A DNA stretch of 62,686 bases from an uncultured Flavobacteriales bacterium (GTDB taxonomy: Bacteria > Bacteroidota > Bacteroidia > UBA10329). Location of the stretch: assembly GCA_937900875.1 (NCBI GenBank), contig CALCGD010000245.1, positions 1-62,686 on the forward strand, given 5' to 3'. Position numbers and translations under genes: made by a program. The notes below the pieces were generated by a model that was given only the letters and a program-made list of their open reading frames with translations, made no database searches and was not told the DNA's origin. This document shows, piece after piece, positions 59,644 through 62,686 of the stretch (positions within the stretch are counted from its first letter, which is position 1; each line of letters starts with the position of its first letter).

Positions 59644-59689
59644 AAGCTGTGAGGATTTGGAAAATGAAGCCCTGAAATAACAGATTGAA

Positions 59690-60124
59690 ATGAAAGAAGA
59701 ACAAATCGTACTTAGTGGGGAAGGAGAAAACTACAACTACTCGCAAGACCATTGCTTTGTAAAACTCTCTTCAAGAGATACGAATGGCGAGTTATGTTTT
59801 GTAGAGGATACCTTGAAACCTGGGTTTTATCTAGGAAGGCATCATCATAAAATCATGACCGAGGTGTTCTATGTTCTCGAAGGGGAGGTGGATTTGATTT
59901 TCGATGACAAGACGGTAACCGCAAAAGTGGGAGATACGATTACGGTTCCGCCAAATGTATGGCACGCGGCAAGATGCGAGAAAGGCGGGAAAATGTTGAC
60001 CATATTCAAAAATGGACAGTTTGATGTTTACCTCGAAAGGTTGTCGAAAATGACGGATGAAGATTTTGCCAATGCGGATTTGATGAAATCGGTTTCGGCT
60101 GAGTTTGATATCTACGAGGTGTGA
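59690..60124 (+). CDS. Cupin domain protein
   Basis: HHHK..EVFYVLEG and GD...VPPNVWH cupin motifs. Confidence 0.85.
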   Translation: MKEEQIVLSGEGENYNYSQDHCFVKLSSRDTNGELCFVEDTLKPGFYLGRHHHKIMTEVFYVLEGEVDLIFDDKTVTAKVGDTITVPPNVWHAARCEKGGKMLTIFKNGQFDVYLERLSKMTDEDFANADLMKSVSAEFDIYEV

Positions 60125-60660
60125 GTTTAGAAGCTTTGAAATATCCAATTGGGAAGTTCGAAAAGCCTGAGATTATCGGTCAAGATTTGATTGATAGCTG
60201 GATTTCGGATATAGAAGCATTTCCTACGCGATTAAATGATTTGGTAGACGGTCTTTCGGTCGAGGAAAAGAATTGGAAATATCGTCCAGCTGGATGGTCA
60301 ATAAAGCAGGTTGTTCATCATTGTGGCGATAGCCATATGAATAGTATTATTCGTTTCAAATGGACATTAACGGAAGACACGCCAACCATCAAAGCATATT
60401 ATGAAGAAAGGTGGGCGGAGTTGACGGATGGGTTGGATGATGATTTGTCGTCATCTCTTCTGTTCATTGAAGGTTTGCATAAGAAATGGATTATGCTTTT
60501 AAGAAGTTTGAACTCAACTGATTTGGAGAAAGAATTTGTTCATCCTGAGCACGGAAATAGAGTTAGTCTGAAGGAGAATGTTGGAATTTATGCTTGGCAT
60601 TGCAACCATCATTTGGCGCATATCAATCAAGCATTAGAAGGAAAAGGGAAATACAATTGA
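60121..60660 (+). CDS. YfiT/DinB-family metal-dependent (thiol transferase-like) protein
   Basis: LKYPIG, YRP.GW...QVVHH..DSH and YAWH..HH. Confidence 0.88.
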   Translation: MSLEALKYPIGKFEKPEIIGQDLIDSWISDIEAFPTRLNDLVDGLSVEEKNWKYRPAGWSIKQVVHHCGDSHMNSIIRFKWTLTEDTPTIKAYYEERWAELTDGLDDDLSSSLLFIEGLHKKWIMLLRSLNSTDLEKEFVHPEHGNRVSLKENVGIYAWHCNHHLAHINQALEGKGKYN

Positions 60661-60661
60661 G

Positions 60662-61813
60662 ATGAGCTATTTCACAGAAGAACATAATCAGTTTCGACAG
60701 TCGTTGAGAGATTTCTTACAGAAGGAAGTTGTGCCGAATGTTGATGAATGGGAAAAGGTTGGAAATCCGCCACGAGACATCTGGAAGAAGTTTGGCGACA
60801 TGGGCTATTTCGGGCTGCGTTTTTCTGAGAAGTATGGCGGACTTGACTTGGATTTCTTTTATGATGTGATTTTGCTGGAGGAGTTATCGAAGATCAATTC
60901 GGCTGGAACATCTGCGGCCATTGGCGCACACACGTATTTGTCGCTTTCGCACTTGAATAACGCTGGTTCGGAAGAGCAGAAACAGCAATATCTGGTTCCT
61001 GGAATTGCAGGCGAGCTATTCGGTTGTTTGGCCATTACAGAGCCGGGCGGAGGTTCGGATGTAGCTTCTATGAGAACCACTGCGGTGAAGGATGGAAGCG
61101 ATTGGATCATCAACGGAAGCAAGACACTCATCACCAATGGCGTGCTGAGCGATTACCTCATCATTTCAGCCAAAACGGAACCCGAATTGAAGCAAGCTGG
61201 AATCAGCATGTTTGTGGTAGATCGGAACACGAAAGGATTGTCGGCTTCGAGATTGGATAAGCTCGGATGGCGCGCTTCGGATACAGCTGAGTTGGCCTTT
61301 GATGACATGCGCGTTCCTGCCTCGGCCTTGCTTGGGCAGGAGAACCAAGGTTTCTACTACATCATGCAGCATTTTGCCTTGGAGCGATTGATCATGGCCA
61401 TTGGTGGCGTGGCTGGTTCAGAATATGCGCTTCAATATGGATTGAATTACATGCGAGAGCGCGAAGCTTTCGGAAGGCCTTTGACTAAGTTCCAAGAATT
61501 ACGCCATCGCGTAGCACAGTTATCTGCCGAGATTGAACAGCAAAAACAGTTTGTTTATCATCTCTGCGACCGTTTTACCAAAGGAGAATACATTGTAAAA
61601 GAAGCGGCCATGGCGAAGCTATTGGCTACGCAACTTTCTGATAAAGTGACGTTTGAAGTCGTTCAGTTTCTTGGTGGTTACGGTTACATGGAAGATTACC
61701 AAGCAGCGAGAATGTGGCGCGATAGTCGCCTTGGACAAATTGGTGGCGGAACGAGCGAAATAATGAAAGAGATTATCGCCAAAATGGCGATTGATGAGAT
61801 TAAATACAGTTAA
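60662..61813 (+). CDS. Acyl-CoA dehydrogenase (AtuD-like)
   Basis: AITEPGGGSDV, NGSKT.ITNG, KLGW.ASDTAEL, FLGGYGY, IGGGTSE. Confidence 0.95.
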   Translation: MSYFTEEHNQFRQSLRDFLQKEVVPNVDEWEKVGNPPRDIWKKFGDMGYFGLRFSEKYGGLDLDFFYDVILLEELSKINSAGTSAAIGAHTYLSLSHLNNAGSEEQKQQYLVPGIAGELFGCLAITEPGGGSDVASMRTTAVKDGSDWIINGSKTLITNGVLSDYLIISAKTEPELKQAGISMFVVDRNTKGLSASRLDKLGWRASDTAELAFDDMRVPASALLGQENQGFYYIMQHFALERLIMAIGGVAGSEYALQYGLNYMREREAFGRPLTKFQELRHRVAQLSAEIEQQKQFVYHLCDRFTKGEYIVKEAAMAKLLATQLSDKVTFEVVQFLGGYGYMEDYQAARMWRDSRLGQIGGGTSEIMKEIIAKMAIDEIKYS

Positions 61814-61817
61814 AATG

Positions 61818-61899
61818 AACCGCAAAGACGCTAAGATTGCGCAAAGAACGCAGAGATTTTCTTTGCGAACTCTGCGAAAAAACTCCGCGACTTTGCGGT
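61818..61899. repeat. Second copy of the miniature inverted-repeat element, with almost no spacer
   Basis: AACCGCAAAGACGCTAAG..GCGCAAAGAACGCAGAG-ATTTT-CTTTGCGAACTCTGCG..CTCCGCGACTTTGCGGT. Confidence 0.75.
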
Positions 61900-61913
61900 A
61901 AAAACAAAAACAA

Positions 61914-62686
61914 ATGTTTACAGAAGAACACAAATTATTTAGACAGGGTTTACGAGATTTTCTCGACCGTGAGGTAATGCCCAACATTGACCAATGGGAA
62001 GAGGAGCAGCGCATGCCAAAGGACCTATGGCCAAAGTTTGGCGAGATGGGTTATTTTGGTTTGAATTATCCAGAAAAGTATGGTGGAATTGATGCCGACT
62101 TTATGTACTCGGTCATTTTTATGGAAGAGATTTCGAAGTGCGAAAGTGGAGGTTTTATGATACTTCCAGCTGTTCAGCAATACATGTCGTCTCCATACAT
62201 CTACAAGCATGGTTCTGAGTTCTTGAAAGAGAAATACCTGACCAAAGTGATTTCTGGTGAATGGATTGCTTGTATCGGAATTTCGGAGCCCGGAGCAGGA
62301 TCTGATGTGGCAAATATTCAAACCAAGGCCATCAAAGAAGGCGACCATTATGTGGTCAATGGTTCTAAGACATTCATTACCAATGGAGTCTATGGGGATT
62401 TCGTAATTGCAGTGGTTAAGACTGACCCGTCAATGGGAGCGGCAGGAGTTAGCCTTTTGGTTATCGACCTAAACTCAGAAGGGATTACTCGAAACAAGTT
62501 GAAAAAACTTGGATGGCATGCATCGGATACGGCTGAACTTCATTTTGATAACGTGAAAGTGCCGGCTGAGAACCTGATTGGAGATGAGGGGCAAGGCTTT
62601 TATTACTTGATGGGAGGTTTGCAAACCGAACGTTTGACAGGCGCCATTGCTGGATACGCTTCGTGCGAATGGGCTATTGGTTACAC
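61914..62686 (+). CDS. Acyl-CoA dehydrogenase, 3'-truncated by the window end (absent from the ORF track)
   Basis: Hand translation gives MFTEEHKLFRQGLRDFLDREVMP..ISEPGAGSDV..NGSKTFITNG..KLGWHASDTAEL; no stop before the end. Confidence 0.93.
   Translation, partial: MFTEEHKLFRQGLRDFLDREVMPNIDQWEEEQRMPKDLWPKFGEMGYFGLNYPEKYGGIDADFMYSVIFMEEISKCESGGFMILPAVQQYMSSPYIYKHGSEFLKEKYLTKVISGEWIACIGISEPGAGSDVANIQTKAIKEGDHYVVNGSKTFITNGVYGDFVIAVVKTDPSMGAAGVSLLVIDLNSEGITRNKLKKLGWHASDTAELHFDNVKVPAENLIGDEGQGFYYLMGGLQTERLTGAIAGYASCEWAIGY

Noticed and set aside
57929-61899. Repeat units considered as a CRISPR array or composite transposon ends
   Set aside because: The repeats are inverted, not regularly spaced direct repeats; there are no cas or transposase genes and no target-site duplication was evident
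61619-62014. 131-aa minus-strand ORF spanning the second repeat
   Set aside because: It is antisense to both acyl-CoA dehydrogenases and the repeat; it is not a plausible gene

Overview
A densely coding chromosomal segment from a Bacteroidota bacterium. The evidence for the phylum is TAnnTTTG -7 promoter boxes, T9SS type A and type B C-terminal domains, a PorE-like OmpA protein and Gln following most signal-peptide cleavage sites; a free-living Flavobacteriales-like organism is inferred. From left to right the window holds two MORN-variant (YwqK-like) exported proteins and four giant type-B T9SS PKD/Ig-repeat surface proteins flanking a vanY-guaA-LysM-hemF block. Next come lolA-like/ftsK, an arginine-catabolism neighbourhood (speA, GNAT-nitrilase fusion, CtlX-like amidinotransferase, arginine deiminase) next to argS, and ffh-folD. 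These are followed by an apparently nuclease-dead HNH-AP2 protein, an orphan SiaB-like kinase, queE-porE-phosphoesterase, a lipoprotein/beta-barrel pair, rarA with four tandem TPR paralogues, and a TetR-headed atu/liu-like acyl-CoA carboxylase cluster running off the right end. I saw no CRISPR array, integrase, transposase, prophage or recognisable defence system. The most unusual signals are: (1) two REP/RPE-like repeat fragments apparently inserted in frame inside the biotin carboxylase gene, (2) a miniature inverted-repeat element present in 'filled' and 'empty' forms within the same operon, (3) the degenerate HNH-AP2 protein coupled to folD, (4) a BKACE enzyme where an HMG-CoA-type lyase would be expected, and (5) a TPR array in which only the exported copies carry a C-x21-C cap. 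All family assignments come from motif recognition by eye; no database searches were run.
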